A stretch of 64,000 nucleotides of DNA from Sphyrna mokarran (GCA_024679065.1 JAGIQG010000013.1:84568001-84632000), one strand, 5' to 3'; shown: positions 38,383-51,589, counted from the stretch's first letter. Translations and numbers: made by a program. Notes: generated by a model not told the origin, from the letters alone.

Positions 38383-39645
38383 TGAAGTTTCACAACACCA
38401 ATTTTAAATCCAACAGATTTATTTGATAGTAAATTTGCCAGCTTTCGACACAATGGCCTTCGTCAGGCAAATGCAGTGTTCTGGTCTGCAATAGCACTCA
38501 TATCAACACAGTCACAGATTGCTGATTAGAATGCGAATCCTTACATCTAACCTGCTATTCAAGTGTTAAAGTGGCTAACAATGTGTGTGAAGGAATCCTG
38601 AGCATTGGTTAGAGAATTGTGTATTTTCTCCAGACAGCACAGTAAGTGAGGTTTTTTGCTAACCCAGGCAAGTTACGGGGGTTACAGATAGTGTGTCATG
38701 AAGCCAAGATCCCTGTTAAGACCGTCCTCATGTGTGCGGAACTTGGCTATCAGTCTCTGCTCAGCGACTCTGCGCTGTCGTGTGTCACGAAGGCCCCCTT
38801 GAAGAACATTTACCCGCAGGTCGGAGGCCGAATGCCCATGACTGCTGAAGTGTTCGCCCACAGGAAGGGAACTGTTTTGCCTGGTGATTGTTGAGCGATG
38901 CTCATTCATCCGCTGTTGTAGTGTCTGCATGGTCTCCCCAATGTACCATGCTTCGGGACATCCTTTCTTGCAACGTATTAGGTAGACAACGTTGGCCGAG
39001 TTGCAAGAGTATGTACCGTGTACCTGGTGAATGGTATCCTCACGTTTGATGATGTCGTCCATGTCTATGATCTGGCATGTCTTGCAGAGGTTGCTGTGGC
39101 AGGGTTGTGTGATATTGTGGTCACTGTTCTCCTGAAGGTTGGGTAGTTTGCTGCGAACAATGATCTGTTTGAGGTTGTGCGGTTGTCTGAAAGCAAGAAG
39201 TGGGGGGGTGGGGATGGCCCTAGCGAGATGTTCATCGTCATCAATGATATGTTGAAGACTCCGGAGAAGATGTCGTAGCTTCTCCGCTCCGGGGAAGTAC
39301 TGGACAACAAAGGGTACTCTGTCCACCGTGTCCCGTGTTCGTCTTCTGAGGAGGTCAGTGCGGTTTATCGTTGTGGCACGTCGGAACTGTCGATCGATGA
39401 GTCGAGCACCATATCCTGTTCTCACGAGGGCATCCTTCAGCGTCTGGAGGTGTCTGTCACGATCCTCCTCATCTGAGCAAATTCTGTGTTTACGGAGGGC
39501 TTGTCCATAGGGAATGGCTTCTTTAACGTGTCTAGGGTGGAAGCTGGAGAAGTGGAGCATTGTGAGGTTGTCTGTCGGTTTGCAGTACAGTGAGGTACTG
39601 AGGTGACCGTCCTTGATGGAGATGCGTGTGTCCAAGACACACATT
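38383..39645 (-). mobile_element. Penelope-like element, 3' part: RT thumb + GIY-YIG endonuclease + LTR
   Basis: Open frame ~39640-38682: TSLYCKPTDN, HPRHVKEAIPYGQA, CKTC, NVVYLIRCKKGCPEAWYIGET, RMNEH, VGEHF, GLNRDLG. Confidence 0.95.
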
Positions 39646-40064
39646 GTCCCACCTAGTGGACAATGGTGTGATTGTGGTGTCCAACTCCCTTCATTCGAAA
39701 CAGATTCCTTTCTATAGAACCATGATAGGAAGTCACATGGGACAGGTTCCAACAAAGCCTGACACCCCCAAGACACATAAGATTGAGATAAGCTCCAGGA
39801 TTGCATGTGGAATCACTGATTGAGCTCTCTGTCGCATCATTCTTTATTCATTCATGAGACATGGGCGTCACTGATTGGCCAGCATTTACTCATAAAATGC
39901 TGCAGTGCAGAATGAGATCATTCAGCCCATCGAGTCTGTCCCAACCACAAACCCACCAAGGCCCAAGCCCCATAACCCCCATGCATTCACCCTCCTAATC
40001 TCCGTCACTAAGAGACAATTTAGTACAGCCAATCCACCTAACCTGAACATCTTTACATTTCATC

Positions 40065-40795
40065 TGATTTGAATTATTTGATTTATTATTGTAACATATA
40101 TTGGGATACAGTGAAAAGTATTGTTTTTTGCACGCTATACAGACAAAGCATACCATTCATGAAGTACACAGGGGAGAAGGAAAGGACAGAGTACAGAATG
40201 CAGTGTTACAGTCATAACAAGGTGCAGAAAAAGATCAGCTTAATGCGAGGTAGGTCCATTCAAAAGTCTGACTGCAACAGGGAAGAAGCTGTTCTTGAGT
40301 CAGTTGGTACGTGACCTCAGATTTTTGTATCTTTTTCCCGACGGAAGAAGGTGGAAAGGAGGACGTCCGGGGTGTGTGGGGTCCTTAATTATGCTGGCTG
40401 CTTTTCCCGAGGCAGTGGGAAGTGTAGACAGAGTCAATGGATGGGAGGCTGGTTTGTGTGATGGATTGGGCTACATTCATGACTCTTTGTGGTTTCTTAT
40501 GGTCTTGGGCAGAGCAGGATCCCATACCAAGCTGTGATACAACCAGAAAGAATGTTTTCTATGGTGCATTGGTAAAAGTTGATGAGGGTTGTAGTGGACA
40601 TGTCAAATTTCCTTAGTCTTCTGAGAAAGTATTGTTGGTGTGTTTTCTTAACTATAGTTTCAGCATGTGAGGGGACCAGGACAGGTTGTTGGTGATCTGG
40701 ATACTTAAAAACCTGAAGATCTTGACCGTTTCGACTTCATCCTCATTGATAGACAGGGGCATGTTCTTCACTACGCCTCTTGAAGTCAATGACTA
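40065..40795 (-). mobile_element. Rex1/Babar-like LINE 3' fragment
   Basis: Reverse complement of the 29745-30160 family, extending further 5'. Confidence 0.7.
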
Positions 40796-43241
40796 TGAGA
40801 TGCTTGCAGTGGAAGCGGTTGTAAGGTATTGGGCCTAGTTAGAGTGACAATGTTGAGTCAGGAGTGTGACGGAATACTCTCCACTTGCCTGGATGGGTGT
40901 GGCTCCAACAACACTCGAGAAACTTGCCGCCATCCAGGACACAGCAGCCCGCCTGATTGTTTGTTGATGTGGTGCCATTCACTCACTCCATCACTGATGC
41001 TCAGTAGCAGCAGGGTGTATTATCCACAATCACTTCCATCTAGAAGGCAGCAGATAAATGGGAACACCACCACCTGCAAGTTCCCCTCCAAGCCACTCAC
41101 CATCCTGACTTAGAAATTTATCACCATTCCTTCCCAGTCACTGGGTCAAAATCCTAGAATTCCTTCCCTAATAGCATTGTGGGTTAACCCACAACACATG
41201 GACTGCATCGATTCAAGAAAGTAGCTCACCACCACCAACTCGGGATGAGCAATAAACGCTGCCAGCTAGTGACTCCCAGGCTTAGGTAATTTAACAGTAA
41301 ATGCTTATTTATATTTTTAAAATACTTATTTACGACTGGACCCTCTACACATAGATACAACAGAAATCCAAGTGAGAAACTGTGTCCAAGCTTGCTTCTA
41401 CACACTTCTCTGTCCAACACTACACTGACCCCATTGAGAGTGAGAATGGAAATTTTTTAGCATTCCTGGCAAAACTCCTTTCAAAGGCCTTGGAAAATCC
41501 CAGCTCAGGAGCGAAGATGGAAGACAATGGGTGGAAATTTCCAGCCTCAGTCGCCCTGAAACTGGAAAATTCCGCCCGAGGTCCCCATGTCTTTCCGTGA
41601 CCTGCCCCCTTACCCACTCCGATTCCAGTGGTGGGCAGAATGGGAACATTTGCCCCAACTGATACAGTTTTCCTTCACGGGAATTGGAGTAGGCCAGGGA
41701 TGGACCATGGGAATGTCTGTTGACCTTGGATACAGTTTTCTGGTTTCAGGGTGAACGAGGTTGCCCCTAATGTCTAATACTGGAGGCCACACACTGAAGG
41801 TGAGAGGGGCAAGTTCAGAGGAGATGTGAGGGGCAGGGTTTTTTTTTAACACAGAGAGGGGTAGGGGTCTGGAACGTGCTGCTGGGGGTGGTGGTGGAGG
41901 CAGATACAACAGGGGTGTAAGAGGGCTTTTAAATAAGCATAGGAACATTCTCTTCTACACCCTTCCCAAAGCCTCCACATCCTTTCTGTAATAGGAGAAT
42001 ATGGACAAAGGCAGGCAGAAGGGATATGTTTTGTTTAATGTCAACTTCAGCACAACACCATGAGCTAGGCACTTGAGAAAGTGGTGGGGTGAACCTGCTG
42101 AATTCCCATGTGGTGTAGGTACACCCACAGTGCTGTTAGGCCGGGAGTTCCAAGATTTTGACCCCAGTGATAATGAAGGAATGGCTGATATATTTCTAGT
42201 GGCACAGTGGTCCAAAGATGCGCGGATTAAGTGGATTGGCCACGCTAAATTACCTCAAGGGGGCAAGCGAGGGCAAACGCATGAGGTTACAGGTATAGAG
42301 CCTGATTGGGATTGTTGTCAATGTAGATTTGATGGGTTGAGTGGCCTCCTCCTGCACTGTTTGGGACTTTATGATACAATGATTCCAAGTTGAGATAATG
42401 AGTGACTGAGAGGGGAACCTCCAGGTGGGGGTGTTCCCAGGTATCTGCTGACCTTGCCCTTCTAGATGGTAGAGGTGGTGGGTTTGGAAGGTGTTGCCTA
42501 AGGAGCCTTGGTGAGTTGCTGCAGTGTGTTTTGTAGATGGTACACACGGCTGTCACTGTGCGTCGGTGATGGAGGGAGTGAGTGTTTGTGGTTAGTGTGT
42601 CGATCGAGCGGGGCTGCTTTGTCCTGGATGGTGTCGAGTTTCTGAGTATTGTTGGAACTGCACTTGTCCAGCCGAATGGGAGAGCAGAGAATAGAGCAAA
42701 AAGGTGACATCCTGAAAAAAGGAAAATCAGTATTCTGAGCAACAGGGATGTGGAGGGAGCACGGCTAACAGAGGAGTCAACTCAGGAGAACTTGGGTTGG
42801 CGATTTGACAAGGCAGGCAGAGTGGATGTGAGAGGATATCGTGAGACAGGCTCAAGTAACATGCAAATCTCCTGGTTGCATTAAACATTGCAGACATTGA
42901 TATTGTATTCTGGGTGTAAAATAATCAGAAAGGGGTAACATTCTCCCGGGAAACGTTTTTCTCATCTACTAACAGAATTAAATAAACTGAGCAGCTGGCA
43001 GAATTTCCCATTCAACAATTGCGTCTCTGAACCAATTGATGGGACTAAATTCCCATTCCTGATTTCAGGGGACACGAGACGACTGGAGTCATCTGAGGTC
43101 TTATGGTCTTGCAATGCCCCAGGCAGGGGAGGGGTGGGAGGGGGTAGGAGATAGTGGGAGGGTGCCAAGGCCTTCTGGTTTCGATGGTCAATCTTGAGTG
43201 GATGCGGGGCTGAGAGTCCATTCATTTTCCACGTACATCTG

Positions 43242-43267
43242 TTAAGCCTCTCCTTGTGTCCACATTC
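43242..43267 (-). CDS. Gene B: candidate last coding exon (GMWTQGEA*)
   Basis: tctgactgcgttttgcttcccag|GA ATG TGG ACA CAA GGA GAG GCT TAA; phase 1; size and position parallel to the gene A last exon. Confidence 0.45.
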
Positions 43268-43329
43268 CTGGGAAGCAAAACGCAGTCAGATCATATTGAC
43301 AGCTAACAATATTGCAGTACTTACATCCC

Positions 43330-43597
43330 TGTGGCACAGTAGTTAGCACTGCCCCTCACAGTGCCAGGGACCTGGGTTTGATTCCCAACTTATCTCACTG
43401 TCTGTTCTCTCCGTGTCTTCAGTTTCCTCCCACTATCTGAAAGACGTGCTGGTTAGGCTGCATTGGTCGTGCTAAATTCTCCCTCAGTGTACCCGAACAG
43501 GGTACCGGATTGTGGCAACTGGGGGATTTTCACAGTAACTTCATTGCAGTGTTAATGTAAGCCTGCTTGTGACACTAATAAATAAACTTTAAACTGA
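43330..43597 (+). mobile_element. V-SINE, internally deleted
   Basis: Head and tail as in 15280-15570. Confidence 0.8.
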
Positions 43598-43614
43598 ATA
43601 ATAGGAATGAAACG

Positions 43615-44150
43615 AAGATTGGCCACATGGTTAACATTAAGGTGGAGTGTCTTGGATTACAAGAAGATATAAACAGAATGGTCAAATGAGCAGATAAATG
43701 TCGGATGGAATTTAACCCCGAAAAGTGTGAGGTGACACACTTTGGAAGAAGTAATTTGACAAGGAAGAACTCAATGAATGGTAGGACACTAAGAAGATCA
43801 GTGGAGCAAAGGGATCTTGGCGTGTTTGTCCACAGATCTCGGAAAGCGGAAGGGCATGTTAGTCGGGTGGTGAAAAAGGGCAGATTGGACACTCGCCTTT
43901 ATCAATCCAGGCACAGATTACAAAAGCAGAGAGGTCATGTTGGAGTTGTATTGAATTTGGTGAAGCCCCACAGCTGAAGCACTGTGTGCAGTTCTGGGTC
44001 ACCACATTATAGGAAGGATGTGATTGTACCGGAGCGGGTGCAGGGGAGATTCACCAGGATGGTGTCTGGGATGGAACAGTTACGTCATGAAGAGAGGTTG
44101 GATAGACTTGGGTTGTTTTCAGTGGAGCAGAGAAGATTGAGGGGCAACCG
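43615..44150 (+). mobile_element. CR1 RT fragment, decayed
   Basis: MEFNPEKCEVTHFGR, SPHYRKDV. Confidence 0.88.
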
Positions 44151-45724
44151 AGCCTCAACCAATTAGGGTCAATTTGCCAGCAGCTTTTCTGATTGGATAT
44201 TGCCAATGCCATCTCATCCAGAAGAACAAAGGCAGCAGATAGCTGGGAACACCCCCGCCTGCAAGTTCCCCTCCAAACCATTCACCATCCTGACTGAGAA
44301 ATATATCCGCCATTCCTTCACTGTGGCTGGGGTCAAAATCCTGGAATTCCCCCCCTTGCAGTGCTGTGTACTTACACCTCCTAGATTGCAGTGGGTTCAA
44401 GATGGCAGCTCACCTACCACCTTGGGTTTGATAAAGTAAACACAGACCAAATGTTTCCTATTCATAGAATTACAGATTCCCTACAGTGTAGGAGGAGGCC
44501 ATGTGTCCCATTGAGTCTGTACCAAACACAATCCCACCTAGGCACTATTCCCGTAATCCCTCATATTTACTCCGCTAATCCCCCTGACAATAAGAGGCAA
44601 TTTAGCTTGGCCAATCAACTTAACCCACACATCTTTGGACTGTGGGAGGAAACTGGAGCACACAGAGGAAACCCACACAGACACAGGGAGAATGTGTAAA
44701 CTGCACACAGACAATGACATTGACAGTGACAGGGGCAATCTGGAACCAGAGATCACAGCAATAGGTTGCGAGGCAGTATTCAACATTCAGAGGATAAAGA
44801 ACTACTTCTCGCAGAGGGTGGTAAATGAGCGTCCCAGAGCTACAGAGTCTGAATCATTGAATGGTTTCAAGAAGGAGATAGACATATTTCTAATAAAAAA
44901 AGGATATGGGGAACAGGTGGGGAGAGATGGATTTGAGATCAGAGAGAGATCAGCCATGATCTGATTGAATGGTGGAGCAGGCTCAAAGGGCTGGATTTGC
45001 CAACTTCTGCTCCTGAATCCTACGTTCCCGTGTTCCATCTTCTCAAGAGACAATTAGGGATGGGCAATAAATGCTGGGTCTAATCAACCACGCCCACATC
45101 CTATAAACGAAGAAAGGAAGAAAGGAATTGTTGTGATGGGTTTGAAATTTGGCGTTCTGGTGTTGGGGCTTATGAGTGGGAGTCACAAAGTTTCAGCAAC
45201 TCGTCTCTATTTAACCTCTCTCAGTGTTCATCTCCAATCCATTTCTCCTGCAATCCATTGTGGGATGCTGGTGGAGCTACTGGACTGGGATTGGGAAGAT
45301 GACAGAAGCCCAAGAGACGAAACAGGTTGGGTGGAACCCTCCAAGTGTGGAGAAGGGATTACAATCAGCAGCAATACAGACCCTCTCCCCCACTGCACGC
45401 ACCCCCCCCCGCCATAAACCACACATTCCACCACCCCGCCCCTCATCCCATTCTGAACTTGGCTGCAAATTTATAAATATAATTCAGAGAGACAGAGGTT
45501 TAATGGTTAAGGCCACCGGCCTTGTATTAATACTCTGGGAGACAAGGGTTCAAATCCCACCACTGCAGCTTGTGGAATTTAAATTCAATTCCTAACAGCT
45601 GGAATATTCAAAAAGCAAATCTTAGTGTTGATAATTGTTGATTTCCTTTTGGAATTAATTATTACAAAAAATTGCCTAAAAAAACCCATCTGGTTCACAA
45701 AAGCCCCTTTAGAAGAATGAATCC

Positions 45725-46300
45725 AGCACAGGAGCAGGCCCTTCAGCCCTCCATGCTACCTGAACTAAACTAAAAAACCTTTCTGGCCTTACTCAGTCCG
45801 TATCCCTCTATTCCCTCCCTATCCATGTACCCATCCAGATGCCTCTTAAAATGTTGCTAATGTGTCTGCTTCTATCACCTCCTCTGGCAGCATGTTCCAG
45901 ACACCTACCATTCTCTGTGTGAAAAACTCCCCCACACTTCTCCCCCTTAAATTGTCCCCCTCTCACCTTGAACCTGTGCCCCCTTGTAATTGACTCTTCC
46001 ACCCTGGGCAAAAACCTCTGACTATCCACCCTGTCTGGGCCTCTCATCATTTTGTAGATCAGGTTCCCCCCTCAGCCTCTGTCTTTCCAGTAAAAACAAT
46101 CCTAGTTTATCCAACCTCTCCTCATAGCCAACACCCTCGAGACCAGACAACATTCTGGTAAACCTTCTTTGCACTCTCTCCAAAACTTCTCCATACTTCT
46201 GGTAGTGTGGCACCCAGAACTGTACACAATACTCCAAATTCTTCCCAACCACGGTTTTATATAGCTGCAACATGATTTCCCAACTCTTGTACTCAATGGA
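45725..46300 (-). mobile_element. CR1 3' fragment, decayed
   Basis: [23 protein letters not shown]. Confidence 0.88.
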
Positions 46301-46587
46301 AGAGAGTTCCAAACTCCCACCACCCTACCCAAATGCGAGCTAACCAAGGTTAGGGAAGGAAATCTGCTGTCTTTACCTAGTCTGACCTACAGGTGACTCT
46401 CGACCACACACACAGCAATGCAGTCAACTCCTAACTGCCTCCCCTGAAATGGCTGTAGCATTACACTTGGGTCAGTGGGAAATTAGGGATGGGAATAAAT
46501 ACTGCCTCTCCCTGGTTCCCATATCCCATGTGAAATAAAGGGCCAATGCTGTGTGGCTATATGTCGGCTATTGAGCTCGTCTATTAC

Positions 46588-46662
46588 CTGAATCTGCTGC
46601 AGAGGAATCGGGATTGACCTGTCTCTGGTTTGGCACAGCTTCAGAGCCATAGGCAGAGAATC
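46588..46662 (-). CDS. Gene B: cytoplasmic exon (GFSAYGSEAVPNQRQVNPDSSAADS)
   Basis: tttctttcccag|GA TTC...TCA G|gtaatag, 75 bp, phase 1-1; ends like gene A exon 15821-15907. Confidence 0.65.
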
Positions 46663-47529
46663 CTGGGAAAGAAATCACCAACGCACGCTCTGAATACATG
46701 GCTGACACGCCTCACTGCCAAACTTCCAGCACCCCCTAATCTCTCAGAGCTCCGTGAGAGCTGTTCCCAAGTGAAATGCAATATGGAACTGTTTGTCTTT
46801 AACAGGAGAAAGATGGAAGGAACAGCGAACCATTGAGCCAAATGCTCCTGTTTGCATCTACCGTCCTTGGCTACACACACAGACACACACAGACACACAC
46901 AGACACACACAGACACACACAGACAAAACACAAACCTGTCACTTCTGCCTCACACGAGGCTTACATTAGATAATGGAATGTAGACATGGCTGGAAAGAAC
47001 AGCACTTATTGTCCTGTAGTAGTACATGTTTGCATGGTAGCCTCAAACAGACAGAATACACATTGCATTTTTCACTCCATCACAGTTATATGTTTCAGAC
47101 AGTCAGAAGGTGCATAACAATATAGAAATTAAGAACAGAAGTCGGCAAATTCAGCCCTTTGAACGGTGGAGCGGGCTCAATCAGATCATGGCTGATCTCT
47201 CCCTGGTTTCAAATCCACTTCCATACCTGTTCCCCATATCCTTCTTTTCTTATTCAAAATATGTTTATCTCCTTCTTGAATCCGTTCAATGATTCAGACT
47301 CCACCGTGCTCTGGGACAGTGAGTTCCACACATTCATCACCCTCTGCAAACAGTTCCTCCTCCTCTCAGTGTTAAATCTACTGCCTCTTACCCTATCTCT
47401 GTGATCTCTGCTTCCAGATTGCTCCTGAAGAGAAAACACTTAGTCTACATTGACTTTATTGATTCCTGATAGAATTTTATATATCTCAATCAGATCCCCT
47501 CCCATCCTTGTAAACTCCAGTGACTCTGA

Positions 47530-47990
47530 GAATGCAGCCAAGGCGGCCTTCATGACACACGACAGTGCAGAGTCACTGACCAGAGATTGATAGCCAAGTT
47601 CCACACACATGAGGACGGTCTTAACAGGGATCTTGGGCTCATGTCACACTATCTGTAACCCCCATGACTTGCCTGGGCTTGCAAAATCTCATGAACTGTC
47701 CTGTCTGGAGACAATACACATCTCTTTAACCAGTGTTTAACCCTCTCTCCACTCACATTGTCTGCACTTTTAAGACTTGATTAGCTGTAAAGACTCACAT
47801 TCCAACCATTATTTTGTAAATTGAGTTTGTGTCTTTATATGCTCAGTTTGTGAACAGAATTCCAACTCACCTGACGAAGGAGTAGCGCTCTGAAAGCTAG
47901 TGGCTTTTGCTAAACCTGTTGGACTTTAACCTGGTGTTGTGAAACTTCTTACTGTGTTTACTCCAGTCTAACACTGGCCTCTTCACATCA
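47530..47990 (+). mobile_element. Penelope 3' end + LTR
   Basis: Encodes a decayed LIAKF.THEDGLNRDLG end followed by the terminal repeat. Confidence 0.88.
47868..47902 (+). ncRNA. Minimal type I hammerhead ribozyme motif (Penelope LTR)
   Basis: CAC-CUGACGA-A-GGAG-UAGCG-CUCU-GAAA-GCUA-GUG. Confidence 0.78.
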
Positions 47991-48062
47991 TTACTAACCC
48001 AGTGACATGATCACTGCACCACCAGGCAAAGGGTTTATTATAACTTGCATCAATACTTTTAC

Positions 48063-48167
48063 CTCTGTACCTGCCGATGCCTCCAGCCAGGGCAATGATG
48101 ATTCCAGCAACCCCGATTACAATCCCAGCCACATATCCGTGAGTTGGCCAACTTTTCACCTTGACAG
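48063..48167 (-). CDS. Gene B: connecting peptide/transmembrane exon
   Basis: gatccacag|CT GTC...AGA G|gtaaaa, 105 bp, phase 1-1; AVKVKSWPTHGYVAGIVIGVAGIIIALAGGIGRYR (not in the ORF track). Confidence 0.88.
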
Positions 48168-48354
48168 CTGTGGATCAAGTTAGAATTAGAGTTGGAAGAT
48201 GTCACAATTCTGGGTGGGATTGAAGTCTGCTTTGTATCCTTCCTGGGCCCTGTGCTACCTCACATTGTGGGTCACAGTGAGGCCCAGATAGTGGGCAGCC
48301 ATGCCCATATCTACACCCTGGCATCTTGCTCCTAGAAAGTGCCAGAAATCAATC

Positions 48355-48785
48355 AAAGAACAAAGAACAAAACAGCATGGGAAACAGGCTCTTCGGCCCA
48401 ACGAGCCTGTGCCGCTACCCCGATGTTCCCACCTCTACCTGTGATCCCTGTCTATGTTTATAGATCTATGGATTAAAAACGATATTTGAGACAATTTAGG
48501 GAGAATTTGTTTTGCCAATTAGCCTAAGAGCATATGTGTGTGGGATGTGGGAGGAACCGGGGAGCACCCAGAGAAAACCCATGCAAGCACGGGGAGAATG
48601 TGCGCAAACTCCACAGACACAGGCCCAAATCCATGTATCTGCACAGCACAGCGATAGTCACTGAGCTGTCATGTTGCCCATCAAATGGTCCAGGTCAAGT
48701 GTACACTAACGACGTGAAGCACTAGGAAAAAATCCAAGAGCAGCCCTCTCATGACCCATTGCGTGTATGCTCCTTGTTAGACATT
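48355..48785 (-). mobile_element. Composite CR1/V-SINE element, fourth copy (3' unit only)
   Basis: Highly similar to 32250-32700. Confidence 0.85.
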
Positions 48786-49350
48786 GTTAGAATCAAGTGA
48801 CATTTCCATTCCAGTTATCCCTGTGCATCACCACTCCCACCAGAAATGTGAGTAAGCTCACCAACAGAGAGAGATTACACATGCATCCAAGGCACCAGCG
48901 CTCTCTATCGTTAACAGATATCAATGCCATTACCTTCCCAAAGCTGACCCTGAACACCCATCCTTGCCTAAAAAACCCATCAATCACAGAATTCAAATAG
49001 CCTGGAATCTCCCTTTGTATCTCAGAGGCACTGAAACCCATTCAAGAGTCTTTGGTGAGACGGAAGGACATTTAGTTTAAATGCAATGTGAGCACCCTGT
49101 GAATCAGAGCCTCTACCTGTACCCACACCCTGACGACTGACACACTAACAGTTACCCGTTGCTTGTAAATGAACCACTGTTTGACCTTAAAATAACATAG
49201 GTAAATCACCCTGTTTGCTAAAGTGGTTAGATTTATTTATGTGTAAGATTATACAGAGCAATAATCAATGCAAGTGGCTAATTCTCCTGAAGCAGTAAGG
49301 AAGCAGGTAATGTTTCTTTATGTCTCAAGTGATTGTGGGAGAGGGCTTAC

Positions 49351-49632
49351 CCCAGGTTGCAGTTAGCTTGTCGGTGCTGCTACTGTGCTCCACTTGGCAG
49401 GTGTAGATATCTCTGCTCTGGGGAGTGATGCTGATTTGCAGGGTCGTCTGGAAAGTCCCGTCTGAATTTGGTAAAATCCTGCTCCTCAGCATCTCCTGCT
49501 GGACACTGCCAGTGTTGTGCAGCCAGGTTGCGTTGATATCACTTGGATAGAACCCGTTCACGTGACAGATAAGAAGTAAAGGGTCATCCTCTCTGTGCAG
49601 GCGATGTGCAGTTATGTTGACAGAGGGCTTGG
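49351..49632 (-). CDS. Gene B: MHC C1-set Ig domain exon (class I alpha3 / W-category beta2-like)
   Basis: ctctacag|CC AAG...ACC TGG G|gtaagc, 282 bp, phase 1-1; AKPSVNIT...LLICHVNGFYPSDINATWL...ILPNSDGTFQT...YTCQVEHSS...TATW. Confidence 0.94.
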
Positions 49633-51589
49633 CTGTAGAGAGGGAAGGACAGCCAGATAACGTACAACGATATACTGGGAGATCCCCCTGCCCGCCTGCG
49701 CCCCTGCAGATATTACTCCCTCCACCATTACCACACTGCTTGATTGCCCCTTCTACCTGACCGTCACCATGGAATGATTGCCATCCCCACCCTCACTCCC
49801 ACCTCGTTATCCCGAATGATTAACTTATCCCTGGGACCTGGGTGTCACTGGTTGGGCCAGTATTTATTGCCCATCCCTAGTTGCCCCTTGGAGGGCAGTT
49901 GAGAGTCACCCACTTTGCTGTGACTCTGGAGTCACACGTAGGCCAGACCAGGGCTAAGAACAGCAGATTTCCTTCCCTAAAGGGAACCTAATAGTTTTTT
50001 CCGATAATAGGTCATCATAGATTCTTAATTCCAGACTTTTTTAAAATTGTATTCAAATTCCACTATCTGCCGTGGTAGGATTCGAACCCGGGTCCCTGGG
50101 ACATTCGTTGAGTTTCTGGTGTAATAGTCTAGCGATAACACCACTAGGCTATTGGCTCCTCTCCCCTCTTATGGACCAAACCGCACCCCCTCCCTCATCA
50201 GATCCCACCCCATCAAGCTCCATCCCCTCAAGCTGTGCCCTCAGGGCCATCCTGTCTTCACCCATCAGGCCTCATCCCCTTGGCATGTCATGTCATGGCA
50301 GCAGAGACAGAGTGCTCAATTGGCAATGCCATGGTGGCATGTTGGCACTGCCCCATGGGAACCACCTAGAGGGTTCAATAGGCTGTGGTTCCGCTGATGA
50401 AAGATTATAACATCATGCCTGGCCCCTGTTGGTGGGGTCCATCTGTGATTCTCACCAGTGAGCATCTTCCTGGGCACAAGGCGGGTAGTTGGTGGTGGTT
50501 ATGGCAAGGAAGACTGGCCAAAAGTGTCTGATGCTTGTTAATGACATTAAATATTGAAATTAGGAAGGGGATGAGGCTGATTTTGCTGGAAAAATGAGGC
50601 CAGCAAGATCATGCGAGGTGAGAAATCGGTGGTGAGCCACTCGGCCTATCTTACTGGGTGCCAGGCCAGTCAATTGATTGATTGTGCCTGGAGTGTTTGT
50701 TTTAAGCTGAACTAATGCAGAGTTCTGTTGTTTGATGTTTTCCTCTGGTATATTGCAGAGTGGGGTTTGATTGGATTGATTGACAGGTAAAGTTATAGGA
50801 CAGGGAGGGGTTAGGCTTTCACAGAGAACTCAAGCAAGTCTGCTTATGAACCTTCAGAGGAGGTCACTTTCTCTAGATTCTCTTGATCTGTCTGACATGG
50901 AGACTGGAATCAGCCAAGAAATGGCTACCATTTGTGGGAGTGGGGGTGGTTTTCTCTGGAGGGTTTGGTCTGAGAATTAGAAGACAGGTATCCGTCTGGA
51001 TCATTTTCCAGAGGGGTTAAAATGTTGGAAATCTAGTATCCCAGTAAGCATCTTAGGTTTCTGTGCTAACTGGCTCTAAAGAACATAGAACAATACAGCA
51101 CAGAACAGGCCCTTCGGCCTTCGATGTTGTGCCGACCAAAATAAAAAGCAATGCCCCTCCTAACTAAACCATTCCCTTCTCATCCATATACTTATCAACT
51201 AACCTCTTAAACAGCACCAAACTTGGCGCATCTGGCCAAAAGTGTCTGATGCTTGTTAATGACATTAAATATAAAAGAAGAGGTTTGTGTCTGTGGGGAA
51301 CACTGCTACATTGGAACAACAGAGAGAGCTAGTTGTTAAATGTTATACTTTGTCCTGTTTAATCACGTTTATTGATAAATGTTATGCTCATTCTTTGTTA
51401 TATTATAACTGTCTTCTTAAATAAACTTGATTTGATAAAAGTGCCTAGTAGTCACTGGAATCACACATGATACTCACCCAAATGCCAAAATCAAATGTAA
51501 AATTCGGGGTCTTGGCTAACTCCATAAAACACATTGGAGTTTTTGATCTGCTCCTTACTGCTCCATCTAGCACTGTTTCCCTTTGCCTG

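Noticed and set aside
46641-46870. Long gene B terminal exon AKDGRCKQ...LCLWL
   Set aside because: Acceptor after the TG repeat is plausible, but no convincing donor or homology; a micro-exon here cannot be resolved without transcripts
49351-49632. beta2-microglobulin, classical class I or class II beta assignment
   Set aside because: Lacks beta2m F56/W60 and class II beta2 NGDW; no alpha1 exon visible and peptide-anchor residues are absent, so no gene symbol is assigned
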